From positions 29,016,001-29,080,000 of the forward strand of contig NC_042999.1 in assembly GCF_006345805.1 (NCBI RefSeq): a DNA stretch of 64,000 nt. The letters run 5' to 3'. The notes below the pieces were generated by a model. That model had not been told where the DNA came from. It made no database searches and saw nothing but the letters and a program-made list of their open reading frames with translations. This DNA comes from Octopus sinensis. Lineage: Eukaryota. Of the stretch, positions 11,146 to 25,960 are shown piece by piece; position 1 is the stretch's first letter, and every line of letters starts with the position of its first letter. The translations under genes and the position numbers were made by a program.

Positions 11146-14100
11146 TCATAGAATCATAGTCAAGGTGGCTTCGTCATTCATACGTGCCATCCTTGCTACA
11201 TTCACCCATCTTTTTTAAAACATTCACTAGACAAAACTTGCCTCTCTACTCTCACTTTTTCTTCAAGTGATACTTGAAGAAGTTGATGAGAGATTGACCA
11301 GAGAGGAAAGTGTTTGTCTCTAATCCTTTCAGACGCGTCCACCAGATACATTCTTTCGCCATAGCCACAAGTATGATAAAAATAGCTCTTCCTTCCCGTT
11401 TGAAGGAAGGAGGCGTGACGATATTAACGATAGACTCGGCTGATAAACCGACACGTCCCACACGTGACAGCAGTCGTTCGACATAAGCCCACAGGTGGAA
11501 ATTGCTGGACACTGCACGATTGCGTGCAGAGCGGTTTCGTCGCTCTGCCCGCATCTCGGGCAGGTCGGCCCCGTGTTTCTCGAGCCATGCCTATAGAGCT
11601 TATCCCGAACGGGTAGCGCTTCTCGGTAGCACCGCCAGGCCAGGGATCTCTGGAAGTTGTCCATAGGTCCCGGGCCGAAAGTCGTTTGAAACAGGCGGGT
11701 CAGGTATTCCTCGTCGACGCCCAGGTTTGCCCCGAGCTCGTCGTCGTACCTCCCCTCCACTAATCCCCTATAGAATGCTTTGGTTGTGTTGAAGTCACTC
11801 AAGGTCGACCCGGGACGGCAGAGTTGCTTGAGAGCAACGCGACACTCGCGGTGCCATTCGCCCTTCTTCGGCCTCTTTTTGATCCACGACTGTAGTTCGG
11901 TCATGGAGACGAGTTGCGGGAATGCGTGCCTCACAAACGGCGACCACACCTGTTCACCGTCGTCTACATAGCCGGAGATGTCGCAGTCTCAGCGCGTGTC
12001 TGCGCATCATCAACCACGGCATGCCCAGCCCTCCTTTTAACGGGTGTTGACAGCAAATGGATCGCCTGACCATCGGGACGCATCCTTTCCACAAGAAGCG
12101 GAAGAGGATGCGTTCTAGTTTGGTGATGGTAGGGTCGGGACAAGGTACGACGGTCAGGCGGTAGTAGATGATGGACGCGATGTACGCGTTCACCACCTCC
12201 GCCCGACCTTTTAGGGACAGTTTCCTCTCGGCCCATTGCTGGGCGAGAGTGACCACCCTACTCGTTATCTCGTTCCAGTTCTTCTCCATTTGGAGGTCCG
12301 GACCGAACCAGACCCCGAGCAACTCAACCGGGCCGTCTGTCCAGCGTCCCACGACGGAGGTACTGGTGGACGGCATGGGTTTGCTTCTCCAGGTGCCGAG
12401 CCGCAAGCCCACTGACTTTTCCCGGTTGATTTTTGCTCCTGTCACCGCTTCGTAGTCTTTCAGTGTCTCGCCGACCCGCTCGATGTGCTCGTGGCTTGAC
12501 ACTATGACGGTGACGTCGTCCGCGTATGCAGACACGCTCGTCCCGCATCCTAATTCTCGCGGGATGCCCCTCAGAGTCGCCAGCTTCCGCAGTAGTGGCT
12601 CAAGAGTCAATACGTATAGAAGCGCCGAGAGGGGGCATCCCTGACGGACCGAACGTGCAATGTCGAAGGGTCTCGATAGATGTCCATTTACGCGAATTAC
12701 CGAACGGATGCCTCTGTACAAGGCAGCTATCCAGCCGCGGAAGACGGGACCGAAACCAGCCGCTCTCAGGACTGCCTCCAAGTATCGATGGTCTACCCTA
12801 TCAAAGGCTTTCGATTGATCCAAGTTGATCAGGGCCCCACCCATGCCAGGTTCGTTAACTACCCTGTCTATGATGTAGCGCATCAGATGGAGGTTGTCAT
12901 GGATGCTCCGGCCCGCACGGCGCACGTTTGTGCGTTGTCGACCAGTTTCTCCATGACAAGCGCCAACCTCTTGGCTAACACCTTTGTCAAAATTTTCAGG
13001 TCTGCATTGAGCAGAGTGATTGGCCTAAAGTTATCTATAATGTTTCCCTTGTTTGGATCTTTCTTCAGCAGAGTTACAGCTCCTCGACTCACAAACCGGG
13101 TATGCTCCCGTTTTGCTGCCAGTTGCAGTATACCGCTGCCAAGACGTCTCCAAACAAGTCTGGCATACAATAGTAAAATTCGTAGGGTAGACCATCCAAA
13201 CCCGGTGATTTGTCCCTCGAGCATTCTGCCATCGCTTCCCGCACTTCCGCCGCCGTGATGGCACCTTCGCAGCACCCTGCCTTTCTTGTCGAGAGTCGTG
13301 GCAGGCTATGTAGGTAGGCACTGAAGTCTACCCTACGTTCTTGCCCTCCACTCGTCCCGAACAGTCGGGCAAAATGCTGCTGAAAGGCCTCACACATTTA
13401 CTTGGCTCGAGCAATTCGCGCCCCTGTTCATCTACCAGTGACCGAATGGTGGCTTTGTTGCCCTGTTGCGCCTCTGCCACCCGGGCCTCTCTCGCGGCTC
13501 CAACACCTTCGTTCCTTAGAGCACGCATCCTAGCTCTGACAGCACATCCTTCGTGTTTGGCGTTGAAGTGTTGGTCGAGGGCCAACCTCGCCGCCAAAAC
13601 GTCGGATGCGATGCCGCTTCTAATTGCCTCTTCTAGCTTCTTAACTAGCTCACCCTCTACTCTATTTCTATCTATGGCTAGTGCTTTGCTGTACCTAATC
13701 GCTTCTGCTTTTACTGCTCTCTTGAGGGCAAACCACCATTTGTTGTTGATGATGGCTCCCGTCAAAGCCCTCTTTACTAGTGTGCTAATCCGGTCTCTGA
13801 AAACTTGTCTGGACGGGAATGATGCGTTCAGTTTCCAGTACCCAGGACCCTGTCTATGTGCCTTATCTAAGTCTAGCGTACACGTCACCAATTTGTGATC
13901 CGTGTAGCTGACTGTGTGGAATTGTGGACATCCTAAGTTATCCTTGTCTACTGTCCTACACAGTATCCTATCTAGATACGATCTCGACGACCCACTGCGG
14001 TTGCTCCATGTCCACGTTGGTGCATTTGGGTGGTCGAGTCGGTACCTGTCAGACAGTTGGAATCGTCTGAGCAGGTCTCTGAGGCATTTGCATCCCCTTC

Positions 14101-14574
14101 TGTTTCTGTCTCTACCCACGTAGTCTACATGCGTGTCCAAGGTAGCATTCCAATCCCCCACTAAGAGTAAAGGACGAGACGTTCCCAAGAATACTTCTAG
14201 ACGTCGAAAGAAATCCGCCCGACCTGTTAAGGGCGGTGCGTAGACTGATACGAGTCGAAAAGCGCACCCATTGCTGCCGTCAACATCCAGAACGATCAGT
14301 CTACCCTCCGGGTCTACGAATATCGTCTTGACTTCGAGATCCAGGCTCTTGTGAAAAAGTACCGCGGTGCCACTACCGCCCATCCTCGGCAGACAGGGAG
14401 CGAAATAAATGTTAAACTGTCCGCCAAACATGGACTTTAGGGCCCGTGGCTCGTGGAGTCTGGTCTCACTTATGGCTATGATTCCCAAATCATGTGACTT
14501 GATGTCATTTAGGAGGTATCCTTGTTTCCAAGGAGACCCCAAGCCACGCGCATTCACACACCAATCTTGACCAT
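11146..14574 (-). pseudogene. LINE ORF2: APE endonuclease, reverse transcriptase and C-terminal zinc motif (frameshifted in this sequence)
   Basis: EN motifs NARG, AISETR, VYAP, GDWNA, YLDRI, TDH (ORF 13328-14557). SPGLDGLP and FRPITLLN (13089-13397, 12883-13275). RT motifs LDQSKAFD, QGCPLS, AYADD (11954-12925). CPRCGQSDETALHAIVQC (11329-11949). Predicted ATG at 14574 (MVKIG) and predicted stop at 11146 after restoring frames. Confidence 0.9.
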
Positions 14575-14624
14575 GATTCTATTGGGGTGTGTGCTTTAAA
14601 ACACACAAATGAAAGTACAGAGAG

Positions 14625-16724
14625 TTACTTACTTGTGTCGAAAGTTTTGGCTTCCTCGTTCTTTGATGTGTCTTCGAGGAGGTTTCTATATAGTTTTTGG
14701 GACAGATATTTCTGGAAACCCCCTACAGCATTTGGGAAGAGGGCTTTGAGTTTGTGGTGTTGTGTTGTGTGATGTGTAGTATTTTGATGTGTTTGGGTGG
14801 TGTAGTGCGTGGATGATTGCTATTTTTAAAGTCATCTTCACAAATGTTTGTGTATCCTGTGATGTACTCCATTAGTTTGGAGTCTTTTGTGTCTATCGCT
14901 GATAGCATTGTTTTTGTGGTGTTGGTGCTTGTTTTGTTGTGTATGGAGTTTTCAGGGTTCAGGTATCTCCCTGCTTTGGTTGCGATTTCTTGTTTGGTTT
15001 TTCTTGATCTTTTTCTTTTACCCCCTGTGGCTATTTGCCATTCTGTCGAACTTTCATCGTTAGATGAAAAGTCTGACGAATCAGCAGGGGGCAAGGGTAA
15101 AGCGTCTGGGTGTGTTTGTGCGGTTGTAGATATTGTTGTGGTGCGCGGGGAGGGTGTTGCTGGGGGTTTGTTGTGGTTATTGTCTCTCCTACATCCTTGG
15201 TGCTTGTCTTCTTCGTTGTTATTCTTGGTGTTGGAATTGGTTTATTTTTTGTTGGTGGTGATGATTCTGTTCTTGGCGCTGGTGTTGGTGTTGTTTGGTT
15301 GGGTTGGTTTGTTCTTTGTTGTTTTTCCTGCATTTCCGCATACAGCTTCTTGACTAGCTGTCCATATTGTGGTGTGGGCAATAATCCTGGCTTTTGTGAT
15401 TTTTCCTGTGGCTGTTGTTGTTGTTGTAATTTTGCGGCAGATTTGCACTCCTTTTTGAGGTGTGCCTCACTGCCACATGTATAGCATCGTGGCCTTCTGC
15501 CCTCGACTACTACGTATAACTTGCGGCCATCCTCAAGATGTACGTGGGTGGGGATTTTATTTATGTCCTCTTGACTTATGTGGAAGAGGAACTCTATTCT
15601 CTTTCCCAGCCAGTCCTTGTTTTCCGAAACACCGATATCTAGGATGTTTATGTCCTCCATTTCGGATGTTACGGCGGATGTATCCACAGTGTTGTAGTCA
15701 CTTGGGGGACACCACTGATAATGACTTTCGTCACCTTCTGGCCGAGGTAACTCGGTGTCAACGTTAGTTCATCAGAATGAAGGGTTATCGTTGAGAATTT
15801 CTTCGCCAACTCTTCATTCTGAAAAACCACCTGTACGTGTGCGAACTTGTTCGCCCAAGTCACACAATCCTTGTATCCCCAGATGGGGCGTAAGCACTTT
15901 TCGACTTTGTCTGTGCTTGCCTTTTCTGGACTTTTTGTTTTTTTTTATTTGTGATTTTATATACAATTGTCTTTTTTTTCTCCTCATTCAGTATGTGCTG
16001 AGGTATGTGTAAGAGTATTTTTCCGTTTTGATTTGTAATAAGGTTTCTGCAATCTTTAATCTGTTGTGTAGTAAACGAAACTTTTGTTACCTTTTCTTTT
16101 ATCGCCTCGGCGAAGTTTGTTGTGTTGTTTTGTTATTGTTGTTACTGTTGATGTTGATGGCAGGGGTGTGGTTGTAGTTTGTGGTTGCTGATTATGCAAC
16201 TAGCAAGGGGTGGAAAATTGCCTGCGTAATTTAGTCCTGCATTAGCGCAAATTTCGGCATTTCGTTTGCTTGTCGTCGTTATTTTTTCACTTGTTGGTGG
16301 AGTGAGCAGTGGTTGAAGGGAATTGTTGTTGTCGTCGTCGTCGTCGTTGTTGTTGTTGTTGTTGTTGTTGTTATTGTCGTTCTTGGTGACGGCGGTGGTG
16401 TTAGTAGTATTAGTAGCATTGACGGCACGGTCTTTGGTGGCGTGATGGTGATGTTGGTATTGTTATTGGTGGCGACGTCTTTAGTAGGGATAGCAGTTTT
16501 AGTAGCAGATTCTGCCATGGTGTTGTTGTCGGTGTTGGTGGTGGTGGTGGACTCACTGATGGTGTTGACGGTGCTTGGCCTTGCGACCTTTGTTTTGTAT
16601 TTGTTGCTGTTGTCGATGTTGATGGTGGCGGTTGTCAGGTTCAGCGTAAGGTAACAGAGCATCCTGTTTTTTCGCCTCTCCGTCACGTTGACTTGCACCT
16701 CAGCCTCGTGGTGACCAGTGCCAT
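14625..16724 (-). pseudogene. LINE ORF1 (Gag-like nucleic-acid-binding protein with CCHC zinc knuckle), frameshifted
   Basis: Pieces at 16279-16698 (Thr/Asn-rich), 15669-15863 (VQVVFQNEELAKKF), 15031-15687 (VVVEGRRPRCYTCGSEAHLKKEC = CX2CX4HX4C) and 14723-15094. Candidate ATG at 16724, TAA at 14625. Confidence 0.75.
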
Positions 16725-16944
16725 TTTGGAAATAAAATGGCTAAATGAAACCACGAAGGCTATGAGATTTTTTCTTTTAAATTTTGCCCACAAGGGGCAA
16801 AATTTTGTGGAGATATTTATCAAAGGTTTACAGTGGATGTTGTTGCACAACTTTTAAACACAAAATATTTCACAATACTATTTTTCAACGTACAAAATGA
16901 CCAACTTACGTGGAGCCCATTTGACTAGCGTCCGTCGTCCGTCC

Positions 16945-17012
<68 letters not shown>

Positions 17013-17020
17013 ATAGATAT

Positions 17021-17055
<35 letters not shown>

Positions 17056-17085
17056 TATGGATAGATAGAGAGTTAGATATAGATT
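16945..17085. repeat. (GATA)n microsatellite, right flank of LINE
   Basis: ATAG repeats begin exactly at the LINE 5' junction (GTCC|ATAGATAG), in the same orientation as the left flank. Confidence 0.95.
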
Positions 17086-17163
17086 CAGATGATTATGGTA
17101 CGTACATTGCGACACCAGAATTTACTACGGAATGATCTATACAATTTTAAAATATGGTGATTT

Positions 17164-17195
<32 letters not shown>

Positions 17196-17239
17196 ATATT
17201 ATATAATATATATATATATATATTATATATATATATATA

Positions 17240-17950
17240 CATACGTATACATTGGAGAGCTAGGGAGAAGGGGAGATAATAAAGTAGTGGTCATCCCAAA
17301 ACGACGGTGCTTGTGCGTGTGTATAAGAGAGGTTTTATGTGCGTGTTGAAGAGTGCTGGTGATCTTGACGTGTGCGTGTGTGTATATGTAGGTGTGTATG
17401 TGTTGGTGTGTATGTGTAGGTAGGAAGTGGACAGTGCTGATATGTGCGTGATGGTGTGTTGTGATGTGATGTGTTGTGTGGTATGGTGGTAGGTGTAGTT
17501 AGTGGCGTGTGTTATGGTCTGATGATGTTGCGAGTGGCGGAGTCGAGAGTGGGGAAAGCAATGGTGGTGTGTGGGTTAGGCTAAGTGTGAGGGTAGCGGT
17601 GGGTTATGGTGGAGTGGGTGAAAGTGTTCAATTGGGCTGAGATGGGGAAGTATAGGGAAGTCGGGGGATGTGTAGGGGTGGGGTGGGCTTAAGAGGAAGG
17701 TGTGACAATGAAGGGGGATAGAGAATGTGGGTAGGAGTGAAGAGATTAGAGAATGAGAGTAGTAGTTAAAAGAAGAAGTATGTATCGGAGCAAGAGAGGA
17801 GAGATAAGTGAGAGAAAGTGTGTGAGGGGGACAGATGCGTGAGGTGGAGGTTACATGAAAAGGGGAGGAGATTTGAGCCCATATGGTGCAAAGAAGTGAA
17901 GAGAGAAGATTGATCCTTGTTCACGGTGCAAACTGGTGTCCGGTTGGTCC
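17240..17950 (-). repeat. Low-complexity GT/GA-rich block, possibly the 3' end of a Penelope-like element
   Basis: The minus strand near 17870-17925 translates QGSIFSLHFFAPYGLKS, similar to the I..L....P.GLN ending of PLE GIY-YIG domains, followed by CT- and CA-rich sequence. Confidence 0.3.
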
Positions 17951-18901
17951 TGTGTGTATATGTGTTTGTATGTGTAATAATATATTTAATGAAGTATGTT
18001 CCATAAGATCTACTTTGGGATTACAATAAGAATTCCTGTGTGAACTGCAACTGAAAGCCAGGAGTTCTTTCAAAGAAGGCTAGAAGTGGTTCATCTTTGA
18101 GAGGACAGATATGCATTAGAAATAGAGAATAAAAGAGCAAATCATATGGTGCCATATTAATTAATTTCATTTATAATTCAAATATAGCGCTGGGAGTTAC
18201 AGGAAAAAATGGATTAAGAAGTAATACTTATTAAACCATAATCACGTATCTATTATAAATATGCTGCACTATGTTTGAATTATAAATTAAATGTACTAAA
18301 GTGAGACTAAATGTTTTCCTTGTTCACTCTTTTCTAATGTGTGTGTGTGTGTATGTGCGTGTGTACATGCATATTTATATAAATGTATATATTTATATGT
18401 ATATATACATGCATATATATATAAATATATGTATATACGTGTTTATACATGGATATATATGTAAGCATGTATAAACGCATATATGTCTACGTGTGCAAAT
18501 ACACACACAAACACAGACACATAAATATATATATATATCGTTCTACATATATGCATGCATATACACATATATAAATACACATACACGTATAGATGCATAT
18601 AGATAGATAAATATATGTGTGTATATATACGTGTGTGTGCAAAGAGAGAGAAATTGGAAAGGGGGGAGAGAGAATGTCAACAGTTGAGATCAGTATTGCT
18701 TAGCAGCGTTCAGATGATTTGGACTTACAATTTTGAAATTATAGGGAGAACTAAGTCCTCTAGGTAATGCGTGACTATAAGCACAATCTGCGCTAGTAGT
18801 GATGGAAATAAAGAAATAAACTTGATGTGGTTAGATATACAAGATATACATGCACTTGTACAGACGCTGAATATTTGTACAGATATTTATATACGTATAT
18901 A

Positions 18902-19315
18902 GGCGTTGGTGTGTGGTAAAAAGTTTGCAACCACATATTTCTGGGTTCAGTCACAGCGCGTGGCACTTTGTGCAATTATGTTGTATTATAGGCTTAGGGC
19001 GACCAAAGCCTTGTAAACTTATTCAGTAGACGATAACTGAAAGAAGCCCGTCATTTGAGTGTATATGTGTGTGTGGTGTGTGGTGTGTGTGTGTGGTGTG
19101 TGTGTGTGTGTGTGTTTGTGTCTGTGTTCGCCTTCCCCCACTCACCGCTTGACAAAGGGTTTTAATGTGTTTACTTCACCATAACATTAGCGGCTCGGAA
19201 AAACAGACCGATAGAATAAGTACTAAGCTTAAGAAGTAAAACACTTCGTACCTGTGCTCCAACATGGCCACAATCAAGTTAGTGAAACAAGTGAAAGGAA
19301 ACAGAAAGAATAAAA
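18902..19315 (+). mobile_element. SINE family A, diverged
   Basis: GGCGTTGGTGTGTGGTAAA...GGGTTCAGTCACAGCGCGTGGCAC, internal (TG)n, CGCTTGACAA, AGACCGATAGAATAAGTACT. Confidence 0.75.
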
Positions 19316-19740
19316 GTCTATTATCAGAGCAAACTTACACTGAGTACGAAGACAGAAAATTAGAAGGGAGACGGTAGAGCATTACATGTCCCACAGCCAT
19401 TTCTTGTGGATCGGTAATATTTCATGTTAGCTGATGTAGTTCACAAAACTATGCTACTATTAGTTAAAGCATATAAACGTGGAGTAGATTAGATCCGACC
19501 TCTGTATTCAGAGTGAGGAGATGTATATCCCACCAATGTGTATATGCCTCTAATACTGGTAAGCATATTTCTGTGAACTCCGTCTGCCAAAATCTAATTT
19601 TCTATGTACACTGTATGAGTTTTGTCTCTTAGTATATAAACATTTCTATATGTATGCATGATTATTCACCGTGTCAAAATGTTCAGTCCTTTATTTCCCA
19701 TTTATATCAATGCCTGTATGTATAATTTCTAAAACCAAAC

Positions 19741-19918
19741 CAAGGCCCAGTGGTTAGTGCAGCGGACTCGCGGTTGGAGGATGCGTTTTCGATTCCCAGA
19801 CCGAGCGTTGCGAGTGTTTATTGAGCTAAAACACCTAAAGCTCCACGAGGCTCCGGCAGGGAGTGGTGGAGATCCCTGCTGTACTCTTTCGCCACAACTT
19901 TCTCTCACTCTTCTTTCT
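19741..19918 (+). mobile_element. SINE family C, 3' truncated at (TA)n
   Basis: GGCCCAGTGGTTAGTGCAGCGGACTCGCGG...AAACACCTAAAGCTCCACGAGGCTCCGGCAGG matches the copies at 27983, 34171-34578 and 61665-62048. Confidence 0.8.
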
Positions 19919-19919
19919 G

Positions 19920-21600
<1,681 letters not shown>

Positions 21601-22279
21601 TATAAATTTCGATATTTAAGGAAGAAAAATTTATAAATCTATAAATTTATACTTTTATGTTAACGTTGAATTTTGTTTGAAATCATTTTTTTGGTCTAAT
21701 ATAGACGTGTATTTGCTTCTGCTAATGGCGCCTGCCACAAATGCGTTTATCACATTCTCTGTTTGACTTATCCTATTCTGTTTATATGTAACTATTTATC
21801 ATTTATAATTACCGGTTAGATTACAGCCATCTATCTATATTAAGTATTCTCTTTTACTTTTTCTCCCACTACATTTTGTTTCTCTTTTCTCTTTGACCTT
21901 TCGCAAAATCGTCTCTATTTTCTGTGTTTTCCTCATGTTATTTTTCCTTGAAATGTAATTAGCTGGACCTCAATCAAAGCTAGTGTGCTATTATTTAATC
22001 AATCATTTTTCAGAGCATTTTAATCAAGATGAATCAAGTGAATGAAGAAGCAAATTTGGAATTTACTAATCGTATTTCTCCTTAATATATCAAACAATAT
22101 AATGCGAACTTTTTATTTGTTTTGATAGTACAACATTGGCATGAATCTTATATCATATTTTATTTGGGTCAAATTTCAAGCTTAACGTCTGCCGTCTCCT
22201 GACAAACAAACCTTGTTCGCCAGTAATAGCCTTTATGAGTGATGCCGCTACGTTTAATGACAATTTAAAACTTATAGAT

Positions 22280-22515
22280 GCGCCATTTTAAAGCCTAGCC
22301 AAGTTCATGGGCCGGTTTCCCGGTTTCAATAACGTATGTGTTCACCAGCTGGACGGGATGCCAGTCCATCGCAGCGTTACTCATTTCGCTAGCTGAGTGG
22401 ACTGGAGTAACGTGAAATGAAGTGTTTTGATCAAGAACACAACGCGTCGCCCGGTCCAGGAATCGAAACCATAATCTTACGATCATGATCCTGACACCCT
22501 AACCACTAAGCCACG
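22280..22515 (-). mobile_element. tRNA-derived SINE with CORE-like body and V/Meta-like motif
   Basis: GTGGCTTAGTGGTTAGGGTG...GGTTTCGATTCC head, GTTCTTGATCAAAACACTT body, and CTGCGATGGACTGGCATCCCGTCCAG...GAAACCGGGAAACCGG tail. The domain names are from recall. Confidence 0.8.
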
Positions 22516-24949
22516 TGACACAATGACATCTTTAGGGGGGGGGGATATACATTTTAATTATTCTGTACTTTACGACCACGTTTTGCTGTTTACTCGTCTA
22601 ATTAACAGATTGCAGTGCCTCCCACTTTACATGTGTTGGTAAATCTGATTAACAATTTCACTTATTCGTACCGTGCAGATAAATAAGCATGCCACTATTC
22701 CCTTTTTATTTGATAACCTCATTGGCTAGAGAGTTATGTAACGTACTGCTTAAGTATTATTTACCAAATTACTGGAGTGGCATAAGACAAAGCTGACGTT
22801 AGCACATTTAAACTTGTTTCTAAATGTTCTAAGATTATAACTCTTACGAAATAGACATCAATGTTGTATTCTGAAACCACTGTAGTCTACTAAATATTCC
22901 TAACACAGATGCAAATTTGAATATTGGAGCGGGGAGCGAGATCGATTATGCTGAATATAAACTTCATCTCAGCAGGATTTGAAATTACATCAGATAGTAT
23001 GCTGCTTCTTATTCCCATATTTTGAAATATTTGCAACTCTGATATCTCCCTCGTGAATAATAAAAGCTCTTAAAATCAAATGCTAATGATAGCAACGATG
23101 AGTACAACTGGTATTAAGTGAACAAATGTTTCAAAATATGTACAGGAATGAAATAGTAACAGATTAAGGGCAGTTTTGTCGAAGCTTTGGCATTTCTTGA
23201 AAGTTTAACTTTTATTGAATATAATGTGTCTGTGTGTTTGTGTACTTCATCTATTATCTCAACACTGAAAAGTATATATCACTTAGCATTGATTTAAAAT
23301 TCTTGCCATTAAAACTTTAAAAATTTAGAATATATTTTATAGTCGCAAGCATATTTTTTTCATTAGATTACTTCTCTTAATTTCTGCAATGTTTCAACTG
23401 AAATATTTATTTTTTCCTTGGGTTGTAATTTGAGTTGCAGATAAATTTCGTTGTTAGGCAATAGAATGTTTTTAAGAATTTCATGTTTCCTTAATGTTTG
23501 TATTATCTCTTGATAATACTGGATTTGGGGAAATCAATTTCGTTAAAAATGAATTCTTAATCTCATGCTCAAAACATAAATACCAAATGCTCTTCAAATT
23601 AAAAGAATATTATAAAACCTGAAGAACTAAACGATTTGATATGCACTTTTCGTTCTTGTCTTTTTCTTTTTCCTGTTTTCACTTTCGCGTATTGAAAGTT
23701 GAATTGAAATCTCTCATAATGTAAAGAACTTTATCGACGAATAGGCTACTTTGAGAAAGTTCTCCGAATACATGAAACTTTATAAAAGCGTGCCATTCAT
23801 CATTACAATAATTTGTGATATCTTGTGTTCGTATAATTTTATTTTTTAAATGCCATACTTAGAATATAATTTTATATAGCTGCATAAAATTGTTAAACGT
23901 CAGCAATATTTCTATAACATTCCAAGAGAAATTGAAGATAATCTTAGAAAAAATTAGATACAAATAAAAAAGAAGTATGCTTCATTAATTTTTATTAAGC
24001 CTTCTTGGGTGCAACACATTGCAAATATATATCCCAACATCATGAAATTGTTTGCTAATTACAGTTGTAAAGGCGTGAATATTGCCTATTATAGATGGGT
24101 CTTACTAGGTAGGTCCTTTTATGCCTGTGTGAAATGACCAGTTATAGTGAAAATTAATCCTACTTACATGAAATGAATCAATGCTGAAAAAGATATTGAA
24201 ATAACATTTACTTTCTGGAGTCCCTTGTTTTGTTCATTACTTTAATTAACAAATCCAATAATCCGTTCGAATATAATATTCATAGTTAGAAAGTTAATTA
24301 AATTACTTAATTAAGGAACAAACAAAAGTGGAATTTCAGAAATAAATTTGTCTTGCACCGTACTCATAATGTATGCGAGGATACATGCAATCCTACAACG
24401 CATTTATCAAATGAGTGTCCATTTTGGCTTCCATAGCACACTGCATTTCTGAAGGTGCTGAAGGAAATCGCTGTGATCTTGATCAAATGGGAAATACACC
24501 TGTTTAATTCATTCAGATCTCCTCTATGATAAAAGACCGTTCGATGCAGGCATAAGGCATGTTAATACATCGTAGATTCACATGACCAGAATGACAGGAT
24601 AATTTTGCTCATGGATAACATCTGTTCGAAGTAATTCCGCAAGTTACCACACAGTGGAATCTGAAATCTGATCTTGTATGACTGAATAACACGCATACGG
24701 CAAGAGCTATCGTCTTAACGATTGGTTGACTTCTTACGATGAGTTTAAGATAATGCCCTACGTAACTCCTCACAATACGTTGCGTGTTTGTTGTATGTGA
24801 TTTTAAGATCCATTTTAAGTATGTGCATGTGATAAGTATAGAGACTATTAAAAATTGTATTATTTCTCTTCTGATAAACTGACGTCTGACTTTTCAAGGA
24901 CGACTTCAAAAGAAGCTAGTAGCAACTTCTTTTTAAACTGGACAAAAGT

Positions 24950-25960
24950 TGGCAGGAAAAGTTTATAAATCCCAAGGACATTCAAACCGGCATGGTTGTT
25001 ACGTTGGCGGAAGACTAAACAAATTTATCAAGTGTGCAAAATGGGCAGCTTAATTTAGGAGGGGAAGAGTGAGTCTTGAAATGACTCAAATTTCGGACGC
25101 CCGGCAGCTGCCACCATTGAGTAATTGATTGACTACTTTCACTACGTAGCTATGGATGACAGGCGATTGACTATAAATATGAACAACAATGCGATTAGCG
25201 TATCACGGGAAAGTGTTGAAGCTATTGTGCATAATAAATTGTGCATGACATAATCTACTGTTCGTTGAGTACCACGTTTTCTTACACTTGATCAAAAGTG
25301 TACTAGTCCGATCACATCAGGGAAAAAATTTGACCTTGTTTGAGACAGATCCAGCTGCTTTTCTTGAACGTTTCCGAATACAGGGTGAGATAGAGACAAA
25401 TAGACAATCTATGCAGTCGAGACACTATTCCTCACCTGCTCCAAAGAAGGCCAAATAAGTTACGTCTGCAAGGAGTGATGATAACCTCAGTCATGTGGGA
25501 TAGAAAAAGGAATTCAGTTCCTTGACTATCTGTAAAAAAGCGCCACATCGTCATTGGAGAGTACTATACCGATAAACTGAAAGAGGTACAAAAGGCTATG
25601 AAGACCAAACGTCCAGGAAAACTGACGAGCGCGTCATTTCATCGGAGAAGTTATCAAGCGCAGAGAGACTCGGTATCAGTGACTGTTCTGAATAACAGTG
25701 GTTTTGGAGTAGTTGATCACCGTCTCTCTTCTCTTCATTTCTCGCCATCTGATTCACCTCTTGATTCCAGCATGAACAAGCACTTGGTGCGAAGCAATAT
25801 CTACTGCTGATATATATATATATATATGTTTTTTTCTTACCGAAAGAATGAAAGCTTCTATATAAATGGGTCCAAGCACTGCAACGCTGATGGAAGAAGT
25901 GTGTAGACGGTAAGGGTACTATGCTGACAAATAAACCTCATTTCGTCGCATACGTTGAAC
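24950..25960 (+). mobile_element. Decayed mariner transposase
   Basis: Manual translation through stops and frameshifts gives GRPAAAT...MDDRRLT...VPRFLTLDQK...ETNRQSMQ..SSPAPKKAK...WD..GIQFLDYL...KTKRPGKL, and at 25865-25935 GVQALQR*WKKCVDGKG. Confidence 0.8.

Larger units (their letters stand above)
10720..16944 (-). mobile_element. Full-length L1-superfamily (Tx1-like) non-LTR retrotransposon
   Basis: About 220 bp of 5'UTR, ORF1 with a CCHC knuckle, a 50-bp spacer, ORF2 with APE-RT-zinc domain, and about 425 bp of 3'UTR ending AATAAAGAAACA(TATC)n. GC content is clearly higher than the flanks. The Tx1 subclade call rests on motif style and needs a phylogeny. Confidence 0.9.
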
